From assembly GCA_017625565.1 (NCBI GenBank), contig JAGAKN010000015.1:6005-70004 (forward strand): a stretch of 64,000 nucleotides of DNA. Reading direction: 5' to 3'. This stretch comes from Clostridia bacterium (GTDB lineage Bacteria > Bacillota > Clostridia > Christensenellales > Borkfalkiaceae). Shown here in pieces: positions 40,561-49,321 of this stretch (positions are counted from its first letter, which is position 1; the number at the start of each line of letters is the position of its first letter). Under the pieces are notes generated by a model. It was not told the origin of the DNA and searched no databases. It was given only the letters and a program-made list of their open reading frames with translations. Position numbers and translations under genes: made by a program.

Positions 40561-41730
40561 ATGCGCGATTTTGTCAACCGTAAAACCAAACTATTGCAAC
40601 CCAGCGGTATTCGGAAATTTTTCGATATCGTACGGGAAACGCAAGGGGCAATCTCACTCGGCGTGGGAGAGCCCGATTTTATTACGCCTTGGAAAATCCG
40701 CGCCGCGGCGATCACTTCCTTACAGCGCGGATATACGCAATACACGGGAAACCGCGGTTTACCAGCCCTGCTTGAGAGTATTTCCCGTTATTTAGAGAAT
40801 CGATTTTCTCTCAACTACGACCCAAAGCATATACTCATTACCGTCGGCGGTAGTGAAGCGATCGATTTGGCGCTCCGCGCGTGTATCGAACGAGGGGACG
40901 AAATACTCATTCCCGATCCTGCGTACGTTTCCTATTCCCCGCTTGTTTCCCTTTCCGACGGCGTGCCCGTACACGTCGAATGCTTTGAACGGGATCGTTT
41001 CGTCTTAAAGCCTGAAAATCTCGAAAAGGCGATTACGAATAAAACCAAGGCGCTGATTCTTACCTACCCGAACAATCCAACGGGCGCGATTATGACAAAG
41101 GAAGAGCTTGAAAAAATTGCCGAAGTCGTCATTCGTCACGATTTGCTTGTCATCACCGACGAAATTTATGCGGAGTTGACGTACGGCAAACAACACGTTT
41201 CCATCGCGTCGTTGCCGAATATGAAAGAGCGCACCGTATATATCGGCGGTTTTTCCAAAGCTTTCGCTATGACCGGGTGGCGTTTGGGTTTTGCTTGCGC
41301 ACCCGCGGAAATCGACGAAGGTATGTTTAAAATTCATCAATACGGTATGCTCTGCGCGCCGATTACGTCGCAATACGCGGCGCTCGAAGCGTTAAACGAC
41401 GGACTTTCCGACGGGTTTGCGACGGTGGAAGAAATGCGCGATTCCTACGACAAACGCAGAAAATTCGTATTGCATTCCTTGAAAGAAATCGGGCTTAGCT
41501 GTTTTGAACCGAAGGGCGCGTTTTACGCATTTCCGTCCGTCCGTTCTACGGGCTTGAACGGGGAAACGTTTGCAAACAAGTTGTTGCAGGAACAAAAAGT
41601 TGCCGTCGTGCCAGGGAACGCTTTCGGGCAGTTCGGAGAAGAGAACGTGCGCATTTCGTACGCAACGAGTATGCGCTCGCTTACCGAAGCGTTTGAGAGA
41701 ACCGCCAAATTTTTACAAAAACACCGTTGA
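40561..41730 (+). CDS. Class I/II PLP-dependent aminotransferase (AlaT/aspartate aminotransferase-like)
   Basis: 389 aa. Motifs NPTG and the PLP-lysine SKAFAMTGWRLG. Confidence 0.85.
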   Translation: MRDFVNRKTKLLQPSGIRKFFDIVRETQGAISLGVGEPDFITPWKIRAAAITSLQRGYTQYTGNRGLPALLESISRYLENRFSLNYDPKHILITVGGSEAIDLALRACIERGDEILIPDPAYVSYSPLVSLSDGVPVHVECFERDRFVLKPENLEKAITNKTKALILTYPNNPTGAIMTKEELEKIAEVVIRHDLLVITDEIYAELTYGKQHVSIASLPNMKERTVYIGGFSKAFAMTGWRLGFACAPAEIDEGMFKIHQYGMLCAPITSQYAALEALNDGLSDGFATVEEMRDSYDKRRKFVLHSLKEIGLSCFEPKGAFYAFPSVRSTGLNGETFANKLLQEQKVAVVPGNAFGQFGEENVRISYATSMRSLTEAFERTAKFLQKHR

Positions 41731-41786
41731 TAAGCGTTAGATTTTTGTGAAAATCTTGAAATTCTTTCGAAAACTTTCAAAAATCA

Positions 41787-41815
41787 TTGACAAACACAAG
41801 AAAATACAGTATAAT
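41787..41815 (+). promoter_or_regulatory. Consensus sigma-A promoter for greA
   Basis: TTGACA, 17 nt spacer, TATAAT (perfect). Confidence 0.7.
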
Positions 41816-41970
41816 TACCATAGAAAAAGATAACCGCCGTGGCTTTTGTCCACGGTTGTATTTTTAACGTTCCGTCGGCGAACGGTTTTTTTCGTGTATT
41901 TGCAATTTTGCAAAATGGGTTCTGACGCGAAAACAACCGCAAATACAAACGGCGCGGAATAGGAGGATTT

Positions 41971-42441
41971 ATGTCGGAACAACAATTTATTATGACGCAA
42001 AAAGGGTATAACGAGGCGAAAGAGCGTTTGCTGTATTTGCAAACGGTAAAACGTCAAGAAATCGTCGATCGTATTGCAGAAGCAAGAAGCCACGGCGACT
42101 TGTCGGAAAACGCGGAATACGACGCGGCGCGCAACGAACAAGCGGCAAACGAAGGTGAAATCGTCGATTTGGATTACAAAATCAAGAACGCCGTGATTAT
42201 CGAAGCAAACTCGGACACGTCTTTCGTACACATCGGCTCGAAAGTACGCGTTTATGATGAAGAATTAGAAGAAGAAGCGGTTTATGAAATCACCGGTTCG
42301 ACGGAAGCGAACGCGATGGAAAATAAGATTTCCAACGAATCCCCCGTCGGTTCAGCGTTGTTGAAACACAAAGTCGATGAAACGGTAAAAGTTTCCGCAC
42401 CCGACGGCGATTATAAATTGAAGATTTTGGAAATTTTCTAA
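41971..42441 (+). CDS. greA: Transcription elongation factor GreA
   Basis: 156 aa. GDLSENAEYDAA acidic-tip motif. Confidence 0.95.
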   Translation: MSEQQFIMTQKGYNEAKERLLYLQTVKRQEIVDRIAEARSHGDLSENAEYDAARNEQAANEGEIVDLDYKIKNAVIIEANSDTSFVHIGSKVRVYDEELEEEAVYEITGSTEANAMENKISNESPVGSALLKHKVDETVKVSAPDGDYKLKILEIF

Positions 42442-42486
42442 TTTATTCCGCTTTTAAAGAATTGATTACGATTGCGAGGTTTTACG

Positions 42487-43998
42487 ATGCAAGAAAATAA
42501 AACGGTAAACGCAACGGCGACCGTAGACGAAGCAGAACAACTCATTGAACAGGCGCGAATTCGCCGTGAAAAGTTAGCAAAACTCGTTTCCGAAGGCAAA
42601 AACCCGTACGAACAGGTGAAATATCCCGTCGACGCGGATTCCGAAACGATCAAAAACAACTTTGAAGCTTTCGAAGGCAAAACGGTGACCATGGCAGGGC
42701 GTATGATGTCCCGTCGGATTATGGGCAAAGCGTCCTTTTCGCATATTGCCGACCGTACCGGTTCGATCCAAATTTACGTGACGCGCCAAGACATCGGCGA
42801 AGAAAATTACGCGTCTTATAAAAAGGACTACGATATCGGCGACATCTTCGGCTTTAAAGGGTTCGTATTCAAAACGCAAACGGGCGAAGTTTCCGTGCAC
42901 GTGCAAGAACTCGTCCTGCTTTCTAAATCCCTTTTGCCGTTGCCCGAAAAATACAACGGGTTGCAAAATCAGGATTTAAAATACCGTTTGCGCCATCTCG
43001 ATCTGATTATGAACAAAGACGTGCGCGATCTTTTCCGCGTTCGCTCTAAAATCTTAAAGGAAATCCGCGCGTACTTGGACGGTCGCGGATACTTAGAAGT
43101 GGACACCCCCACCTTATTACCGCTCGAAATCGGCGCGGACGCCCGTCCGTTTAAAACGCATCATAACGCGCTTGATCTCGATATGTATATGCGTATTGAA
43201 ACGGAGCTTTTCTTAAAACGTTTAATCGTCGGCGGAATGGATAAAGTCTATGAAGTCGGTCGTATTTTCCGCAACGAGGGCATGGACGCTTTCCACAACC
43301 CCGAATTCACTTCCATCGAAATGTACGAAGCGTACAGCGATTACTTCGATATGATGGATATGATCGAAGATTTGTATAAAACGGTCACGTTCAACGTCTG
43401 CGGAACGTTGGATATCACCTACCAAGGCACGGAAATCCACATGGGCGAATGGACGCGCTTGACGATGGCGGAAGCCGTAAAAAAATATGCCGGCGTCGAT
43501 TATAACGACTGGGCTACAGACGAAGACGCGAGAAATTCGGCAAAAGCGCTGGGTGTAGAACTCGAACACGAGAATGCAACGAAGGGCTGGGTACTGATCG
43601 AGTTGTTTGACGCGTTCGTCGAACACAATCTCGTACAACCGACGGTGATCTACGATTATCCCGTGGAAAATTCCCCGCTTGCAAAACGCAAGCCTTCTAA
43701 CCCTGCGTTTACCGAACGTTTCGAATACTTCATTTGCGGACACGAATACGGCAACGCGTTCTCGGAACTCAACGATCCGATCGACCAAAAGCAACGTATG
43801 TTAAAACAAGTCGAAGCAAAACGCGCAAAGGGCAATAACGACGCGCAAGTGGATGAAGATTTCATCAACGCCTTGGAATACGGCATGCCCCCGACAGGCG
43901 GTTTGGGCATGGGGCTCGATCGTTTTGTGATGTTGCTTACGGACAGCTCTACCATTCGCGACGTCATTCTCTTCCCCACGATGAAACCGAAAAAATAA
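42487..43998 (+). CDS. lysS: Lysyl-tRNA synthetase (class II)
   Basis: Start at the ATG 42487. OB anticodon domain and class II motifs (FRNEG, GGLGMGLDR). Confidence 0.95.
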   Translation: MQENKTVNATATVDEAEQLIEQARIRREKLAKLVSEGKNPYEQVKYPVDADSETIKNNFEAFEGKTVTMAGRMMSRRIMGKASFSHIADRTGSIQIYVTRQDIGEENYASYKKDYDIGDIFGFKGFVFKTQTGEVSVHVQELVLLSKSLLPLPEKYNGLQNQDLKYRLRHLDLIMNKDVRDLFRVRSKILKEIRAYLDGRGYLEVDTPTLLPLEIGADARPFKTHHNALDLDMYMRIETELFLKRLIVGGMDKVYEVGRIFRNEGMDAFHNPEFTSIEMYEAYSDYFDMMDMIEDLYKTVTFNVCGTLDITYQGTEIHMGEWTRLTMAEAVKKYAGVDYNDWATDEDARNSAKALGVELEHENATKGWVLIELFDAFVEHNLVQPTVIYDYPVENSPLAKRKPSNPAFTERFEYFICGHEYGNAFSELNDPIDQKQRMLKQVEAKRAKGNNDAQVDEDFINALEYGMPPTGGLGMGLDRFVMLLTDSSTIRDVILFPTMKPKK

Positions 43999-44005
43999 AC
44001 GCTTT

Positions 44006-44039
44006 GCGTCGGCATCGCCTTTTGGGGCGTTGCCGACGC
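44006..44039 (+). terminator. Stem-loop downstream of lysS (no U-tract)
   Basis: GCGTCGGCA / TGCCGACGC stem with an inner CGCC/GGCG pairing and no T-run. Confidence 0.4.
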
Positions 44040-44143
44040 GTATTCTTATACACTCTTTCAAACGAACAGTTTTGTGTTTTTATTCGTTTATACATTTTGA
44101 TATGCGGTAATATTTCAAACGTTTTCTTATTAGGAGTTCGATT

Positions 44144-45154
44144 ATGGATGCAAAAATCACCAAACAACGGTTGAGCAGAATGCTTTCGTATGATTGGATT
44201 AAAATAATTATTTTTTGCGTGGTCGGCATCTTGATTTGGTCGCTCATTTTCACGATGACGGCGACGAAGATCACGACGTCGCAACAATTCGTCGTATACA
44301 ATTACGTAGGCAACCGCCCGTTTACGCACACCAAGTTCTACGAATCCTACACCGGAGCGGTAGAAAACGGGATTTTCTCCTATGAAGTGTTGAAAACGAG
44401 CGTTTTTGACATCGCGGGAACACCCAGCGAAGAACGGAGGTTGATGGAAGGGCATCTTGGCATAGACGAAGGCGACGTTATTTTCGTGGCGGACAGTTGG
44501 CACTTAGACTCGGCTTACGAAGACGAAGAAACGGGCGAAACTCGCTACCAATACACCTATTTACAACAATTCTTATACTCTTGGCGTTTTTACGTCTACG
44601 ATTTAAATCCGGAAAGCGAACACAGTTATTTCCGCCAAATGGAAACCTATCTCGACGGATACTACACCAACGGTTGGGAAGATGCCGAAAGTTTGGATGA
44701 AAGCGCCGTGGAACGGGATTTCCGCGCGCGCGCCAAAAAAGACAAGCGCTTTAAAAAATCTTCGCAAATCCGCCAAGGCCTTCAAGACGATATTACACGT
44801 ATCCAAAATTACCGCAACGCCTTGGAGGAATTCTACGGCTACGTAGAAGCAGGCGTGGTCACGTTCACTCGTACGAGTATGCTCGATCCGGAAGACGAAA
44901 CGCAAACGCTCTTCGACGGCGTATTTACGATCAATATTTGCCCTGACAAAGCGGTTTCGGGCGGACTTTCCGAAATCGTTTCCTATCCGATTAAAACGCT
45001 GGATGAAAACGGCAACGAACAAACCGTTCAAACGGCGGAAAATATGAACGTTGCATTCTTTTATATGGACTCCACCGCAAAGGGTTTCGAGTTTGAGAGC
45101 GTTCCCTATATCACCTATATCATTCGGAACGCCATCGCCGCAACGGAGCATTGA
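44144..45154 (+). CDS. Hypothetical membrane-anchored protein (336 aa)
   Basis: TAGGAG RBS, one N-terminal TM helix (IIIFCVVGILIWSLIF), acidic and Tyr-rich extracytoplasmic part. No recognised family. Confidence 0.6.
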   Translation: MDAKITKQRLSRMLSYDWIKIIIFCVVGILIWSLIFTMTATKITTSQQFVVYNYVGNRPFTHTKFYESYTGAVENGIFSYEVLKTSVFDIAGTPSEERRLMEGHLGIDEGDVIFVADSWHLDSAYEDEETGETRYQYTYLQQFLYSWRFYVYDLNPESEHSYFRQMETYLDGYYTNGWEDAESLDESAVERDFRARAKKDKRFKKSSQIRQGLQDDITRIQNYRNALEEFYGYVEAGVVTFTRTSMLDPEDETQTLFDGVFTINICPDKAVSGGLSEIVSYPIKTLDENGNEQTVQTAENMNVAFFYMDSTAKGFEFESVPYITYIIRNAIAATEH

Positions 45155-45159
45155 TCCGT

Positions 45160-46446
45160 ATGCGGTTGTTTCGGGACAAACCAACACGAAAGCGGTGCAA
45201 ACTGTATTCTATGCTCCGCGCGCAAGCTCGCCGCCCACACAAATCTTTTCACACCCCTGGACATAAGCAAAAGGGATTTGATATCACCGAGCTTTCCTAT
45301 TCGGACAACCTGTCCTGTCCACGCGGTTGTATCCTGGACGCAGAGCGCGACGTTGCCAAAATTCTTAGCGCAAATCGTAGCTTTTTGTTGACCGACGGTA
45401 GCACCGCAGGGGTTTTCGCCATTTTACACACGGCAAAAGCGCAAGGCGTGCGTTCGATCGCCGTATGCGAGAACTCGCACAAAAGCGTGTTTAATGCTTG
45501 CGCAGTGTTGGGGATTACCCCCCTTGTATACGAACAAGCCTACCGCGATAAAATTCCGTTTGTCCACACCAGGTATGCGTTGAATGAAGATTTTGGCAAT
45601 ATTTTTGCGAAAGCGGATGCGGTATTTTTGACTTCGCCTGATTATTACGGCAACGTCGCCGATTTACAGGGTTTTTCTTCGTTTTGTAAAGAAACGGGCA
45701 AACTTTTGCTTGTCGACGGTGCGCACGGTGGGCATTTGCATTTCGAGCCGTCTTTGTACGCAGGCGCTTACGCCGATCTTTGGGTAGACGGCGTCCATAA
45801 GAGCTTGCCCGCCTACACGCAGGGCGCGGTTGTTTCGGCAAAGTCGGAAAATTTGGCGGAATCACTCCGACAAGCGGTCGACTGTTTCCGCACGACAAGC
45901 CCGTCTTATCCGATTATGGCATCGGTAGAGTACGCGGTAAAATATCCGCGCAACGTTTGGTTAGAACAAGCGATAAAAACGCTCCGTGATGATAACGAAC
46001 GCATTTCTATCGGCGAAGATTGGACGAAAGTTTGCGTACGCTTTGGCGATACGGCGTTTCAAGCACACGCGTATTGCGAACAAAAGGGCGTTTACCCCGA
46101 ATTTTGCGACGGGAACGTCGTAATGTTTTATCTTTCGCCTGCTACCAGCCGAAAAGCGTTCCGTTTTTTGCGCCGTTTCTTGCGGAAATTAACGGATTTA
46201 TTCCCGTTTGTGCAACGCAAAGAACAAGAACGGGAGTTTGCGCTTCCGAACAACGCGACAACCGAACAGGTCGCGTTGCGTGATGCAGAAAATCGGCTTT
46301 GCGCTACCAACTGCGGGTTGTTTCCGCCCTGCACTCCGCTTTTACGAGTTGGAGAACGCATCACGGAAGAAAAACTCCGTTTGTTAGAAAGTGCCGACAA
46401 CGTGTACGGTTTGCTCGACGGAAAAATCTCGGTTTTTAAGGAGTAA
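45160..46446 (+). CDS. Orn/Lys/Arg decarboxylase-family PLP enzyme (YaaO-like)
   Basis: SFHTPGHK motif. Start chosen at the ATG 45160 (GGAG 10 nt upstream). Lies directly upstream of tmk, as yaaO does in B. subtilis. Confidence 0.8.
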   Translation: MRLFRDKPTRKRCKLYSMLRAQARRPHKSFHTPGHKQKGFDITELSYSDNLSCPRGCILDAERDVAKILSANRSFLLTDGSTAGVFAILHTAKAQGVRSIAVCENSHKSVFNACAVLGITPLVYEQAYRDKIPFVHTRYALNEDFGNIFAKADAVFLTSPDYYGNVADLQGFSSFCKETGKLLLVDGAHGGHLHFEPSLYAGAYADLWVDGVHKSLPAYTQGAVVSAKSENLAESLRQAVDCFRTTSPSYPIMASVEYAVKYPRNVWLEQAIKTLRDDNERISIGEDWTKVCVRFGDTAFQAHAYCEQKGVYPEFCDGNVVMFYLSPATSRKAFRFLRRFLRKLTDLFPFVQRKEQEREFALPNNATTEQVALRDAENRLCATNCGLFPPCTPLLRVGERITEEKLRLLESADNVYGLLDGKISVFKE

Positions 46447-46451
46447 TACAT

Positions 46452-47078
46452 ATGAAACGCGGAAAATTGATTACGTTTGAGGGTTGCGACGGTTGCGGAA
46501 AAAGCACACAGTTGCGGTTGCTGAGCGAGTACTTGACAAAAAACGCCGTTCCGCATATTTTCACCCGTGAGCCGGGTGGCGGAAAAATCTCTGAAGCCAT
46601 TCGCGAAATCCTACTCAACGGCAAAAACGCCGAAATGACGGACGAATGCGAAGCGCTGTTGTACGCGGCGGCGCGCGTACAACATTTACACGACCGCGTA
46701 GAACCTGCTTTGCGTGACGGCAAGTTGGTTATTTGCGACCGCTACGTGGATTCTTCGCTTGCCTACCAAGCCTATGCGCGTGGTTTGGGCAAGGATTTCG
46801 TCACAAAAATCAATTCGTTTGCTTTGGAGCACTACTTGCCCGACGTGACTGTATTCATCGATCTCACGCCTGAAATGGCTTTCGCGCGTAAACGTGGCGC
46901 GGACGAAAACGACCGTTTAGAACAAGCCGGCATGGAATTCCACCGCAAAGTCTACGCAGGCTACAAAGCGCTCGCCGAGAGCGAGCCAAACCGGTTTGTT
47001 TGCGTGGACGGAAATCAAACTCCGCAAGAAATTTTCCAAAACGTTTTACGTGTTTTACGAGAACGGAACTGCTTATAA
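46452..47078 (+). CDS. tmk: Thymidylate kinase
   Basis: 208 aa. P-loop FEGCDGCGKST and DRY motif. Confidence 0.95.
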   Translation: MKRGKLITFEGCDGCGKSTQLRLLSEYLTKNAVPHIFTREPGGGKISEAIREILLNGKNAEMTDECEALLYAAARVQHLHDRVEPALRDGKLVICDRYVDSSLAYQAYARGLGKDFVTKINSFALEHYLPDVTVFIDLTPEMAFARKRGADENDRLEQAGMEFHRKVYAGYKALAESEPNRFVCVDGNQTPQEIFQNVLRVLRERNCL

Positions 47079-47092
47079 AAACTCTCAAAAAA

Positions 47093-47117
47093 CCCCGTCA
47101 AAATCGACAGGGTTTTT
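47093..47117 (+). terminator. Rho-independent terminator after tmk
   Basis: CCCCGTC / GACAGGG stem (one mismatch) followed by TTTTT. Confidence 0.6.
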
Positions 47118-47138
47118 CTCGTTTTGTTTGTTTTTTTC

Positions 47139-47167
47139 TTGAAATTCTTCTTGTTTCGTGTTATAAT
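47139..47167 (+). promoter_or_regulatory. Near-consensus sigma-A promoter ending 6 nt upstream of the AraC-family start codon
   Basis: TTGAAA, 17 nt spacer, TATAAT. The ATG is at 47174. Confidence 0.65.
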
Positions 47168-47173
47168 AGGTCT

Positions 47174-47950
47174 ATGGATATTTTATACGAACGAACAAGG
47201 GAAGAGCGCAATCGTTTGGAATGTAGCGTTAGTCGTAATCGTGTTTTCCCCCCGCATTTTCATTTGGATTTAGAGCTCCACGTTTTAAGGAGGGGCAATA
47301 TTACCGTCAACGTAAACGGCGAAGAACAAGAAGTACACGACGGCACAATTACCATTATCGACAGCTACGACGTGCACAGTTTCCGTAATCAATCGGGCGA
47401 AAATTGGCAGGATTTGTTGTTGATTATTCCCTACAAATTCTTAACCCGTTTTAATGCAATTCGCGAGAATTTCAAGATCGCCGATCCGTTTATCCACGAT
47501 CCTGCGCTCTGCGAAGAGTTGTATGCGGTTGCCGATCGATTCTTGTTAAATCCCGATTTTCGGAGCGACGAAAACGTACAAGCTTGCGCCGTCGATTTGT
47601 TGCTCTCTCTTTTATGCCGTCGAATCGAATTTTCGAAGAAAAAGGAACGTGGCGACGCGATTTTAGTACGGCAAATCCTTGCGTTTTTGCAGGAGCATTA
47701 TTCCGAAAACGTCAAACGTAGCGACGTTGCACGGGAGCTGGGATACACAGAAACGCATATTTCCCGTGTCTTTCACCGTTTTTTGCAAATGGGAATTTCG
47801 GAATACGTCAACAGACTGCGTTTATCGGAAATGGAACGTAGGCGTAAACAAGGGGACACACGCACGACGTTGGAACTTTTGTACGAAGTCGGGTTTCAAA
47901 GCCAACAAACGTACTACCGCGCCAAACTAAAAGCTGAAGAGAATGCATAA
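47174..47950 (+). CDS. AraC-family transcriptional regulator (cupin plus HTH)
   Basis: 258 aa from MDILYERT... N-terminal cupin (HFHLDLELHVL) and C-terminal AraC HTH (ELGYTETHISRVF). The longer ORF from 47000 overlaps tmk and its terminator. Confidence 0.85.
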   Translation: MDILYERTREERNRLECSVSRNRVFPPHFHLDLELHVLRRGNITVNVNGEEQEVHDGTITIIDSYDVHSFRNQSGENWQDLLLIIPYKFLTRFNAIRENFKIADPFIHDPALCEELYAVADRFLLNPDFRSDENVQACAVDLLLSLLCRRIEFSKKKERGDAILVRQILAFLQEHYSENVKRSDVARELGYTETHISRVFHRFLQMGISEYVNRLRLSEMERRRKQGDTRTTLELLYEVGFQSQQTYYRAKLKAEENA

Positions 47951-47957
47951 ATTTATA

Positions 47958-47988
47958 AAAGCCACTCGCAAAGCGAGTGGCTTTTTCT
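47958..47988 (+). terminator. Rho-independent terminator after the AraC-family gene
   Basis: AAAGCCACTCGC / GCGAGTGGCTTT stem followed by a T-run. Confidence 0.85.
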
Positions 47989-48011
47989 ATTCTACGTTCA
48001 TAAAGCCAAAG

Positions 48012-48041
48012 AAAAAAGGCTTGGATATCCAAGCCTTTTCG
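48012..48041 (-). terminator. Rho-independent terminator after gap
   Basis: AAGGCTTGGA / TCCAAGCCTT palindromic stem with a T-run on the minus strand. Confidence 0.8.
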
Positions 48042-48062
48042 TTTTGCATTTTTCTCGGTGAA

Positions 48063-49082
48063 TTAAAGTTCCGCGAAATATTTGATCGTTCTAACCATTT
48101 GGCTGGTGTACGAGTTTTCGTTGTCATACCAGGAAACGACCTTAACAAGCGTCGTGCCGTCGCCCATGGGCATGCACTTCGTTTGCGTTGCGTCGAACAA
48201 CGAACCGTAGGTGATACCGATGATGTCGGACGAAACGAGTTCTTCTTCGGTGTAGCCGAACGATGCGGATGCCGCCGCTTTCATCGCTGCGTTTACCGTA
48301 GCCGCGTCAACTTCGCCTTCGCAGAATGCAACGAGTTGGGTAAGCGAACCGGTGGGAACGGGAACACGTTGTGCGCAACCGTCCAAAACGCCGTTAAGTT
48401 CAGGGATTACCAAGCCGATTGCTTTTGCAGCGCCCGTCGAGTTGGGAACGATGTTCGCAGCAGCAGCGCGCGCACGACGAAGGTCACCCTTTCTGTGCGG
48501 TCCGTCAAGAACCATTTGGTCACCCGTGTAAGCGTGGATCGTGGTCATGTACCCTTTCTTAATTTTGCAAAGCTTGTTCAACGTATTTGCCATAGGAGCA
48601 AGGCAGTTCGTCGTACAGGACGCAGCGGAGATGATCGTGTCGTTCTTCGTCAACGTCTTTTCGTTTACGCTGTAAACGATGGTAGGAAGGTCGTTGCCTG
48701 CGGGTGCAGAGATAACAACTTTCTTAGCGCCTGCTTTGATGTGCGCTTCGGATTTTGCTTTCGACGTATAGAAGCCGGTGCATTCCAAAACTACGTCTAC
48801 GTCAAGTGCAGCCCAAGGGCAGTTCACTGCATCTTTTTCTGCGTAAATCTTGATCGTCTTGCCGTTTACGGTGATCGTGCCTGCTTCGTCGTCAGCGGAA
48901 ACCGTATCCGCGAGCGCGTATCTGCCTTGCGCAGAGTCATACTTCAAAAGGTGTGCAAGCATCGAGGGGCTAGTAAGGTCGTTGATCGCAACTACTTCAT
49001 AGCCTTCTGCGCCGAACATCTGTCTGAATGCAAGACGGCCGATACGACCGAAACCGTTGATTGCAACTTTTACGTTTGCCAT
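48063..49082 (-). CDS. gap: Glyceraldehyde-3-phosphate dehydrogenase
   Basis: 339 aa. NGFGRIGR and the active site SCTTNCLAP. Confidence 0.97.
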   Translation of the reverse strand: MANVKVAINGFGRIGRLAFRQMFGAEGYEVVAINDLTSPSMLAHLLKYDSAQGRYALADTVSADDEAGTITVNGKTIKIYAEKDAVNCPWAALDVDVVLECTGFYTSKAKSEAHIKAGAKKVVISAPAGNDLPTIVYSVNEKTLTKNDTIISAASCTTNCLAPMANTLNKLCKIKKGYMTTIHAYTGDQMVLDGPHRKGDLRRARAAAANIVPNSTGAAKAIGLVIPELNGVLDGCAQRVPVPTGSLTQLVAFCEGEVDAATVNAAMKAAASASFGYTEEELVSSDIIGITYGSLFDATQTKCMPMGDGTTLVKVVSWYDNENSYTSQMVRTIKYFAEL

Positions 49083-49165
49083 AATGTTTATCCTCCAATA
49101 TATGAAAAAATTTATTTGTTTCTATCGGTTGATTTAGGTTTTTAACACCCTTTTCTTCCTAGTAT

Positions 49166-49194
49166 ATTCTACCATACTTTTTCTTTTTCGTCAA
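49166..49194 (-). promoter_or_regulatory. Sigma-A-type promoter for gap
   Basis: Minus strand TTGACG, 17 nt spacer, TAGAAT. Confidence 0.6.
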
Positions 49195-49321
49195 TAATTT
49201 TGCGCAATCGAAAACAAAATTATTTCCCAAATTGTATAGAAAAACGTTTTTTCTTTTCGCCGTCCTGCCTTTTCTGTGAAAAACAGACAAAAAGCGTTCG
49301 GTTTTTTAACTTTGTTTTCCT

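Noticed and set aside
42280-42770. GGTTCGA-type strings that could mark tRNA T-arms
   Set aside because: They lie inside the greA and lysS coding frames and have no acceptor or anticodon arm context. I found no tRNA or rRNA genes in the window.
47943-49145. 400-aa ORF on the plus strand
   Set aside because: It is antisense to gap and spans two terminators. The product is Arg/Val-rich nonsense.
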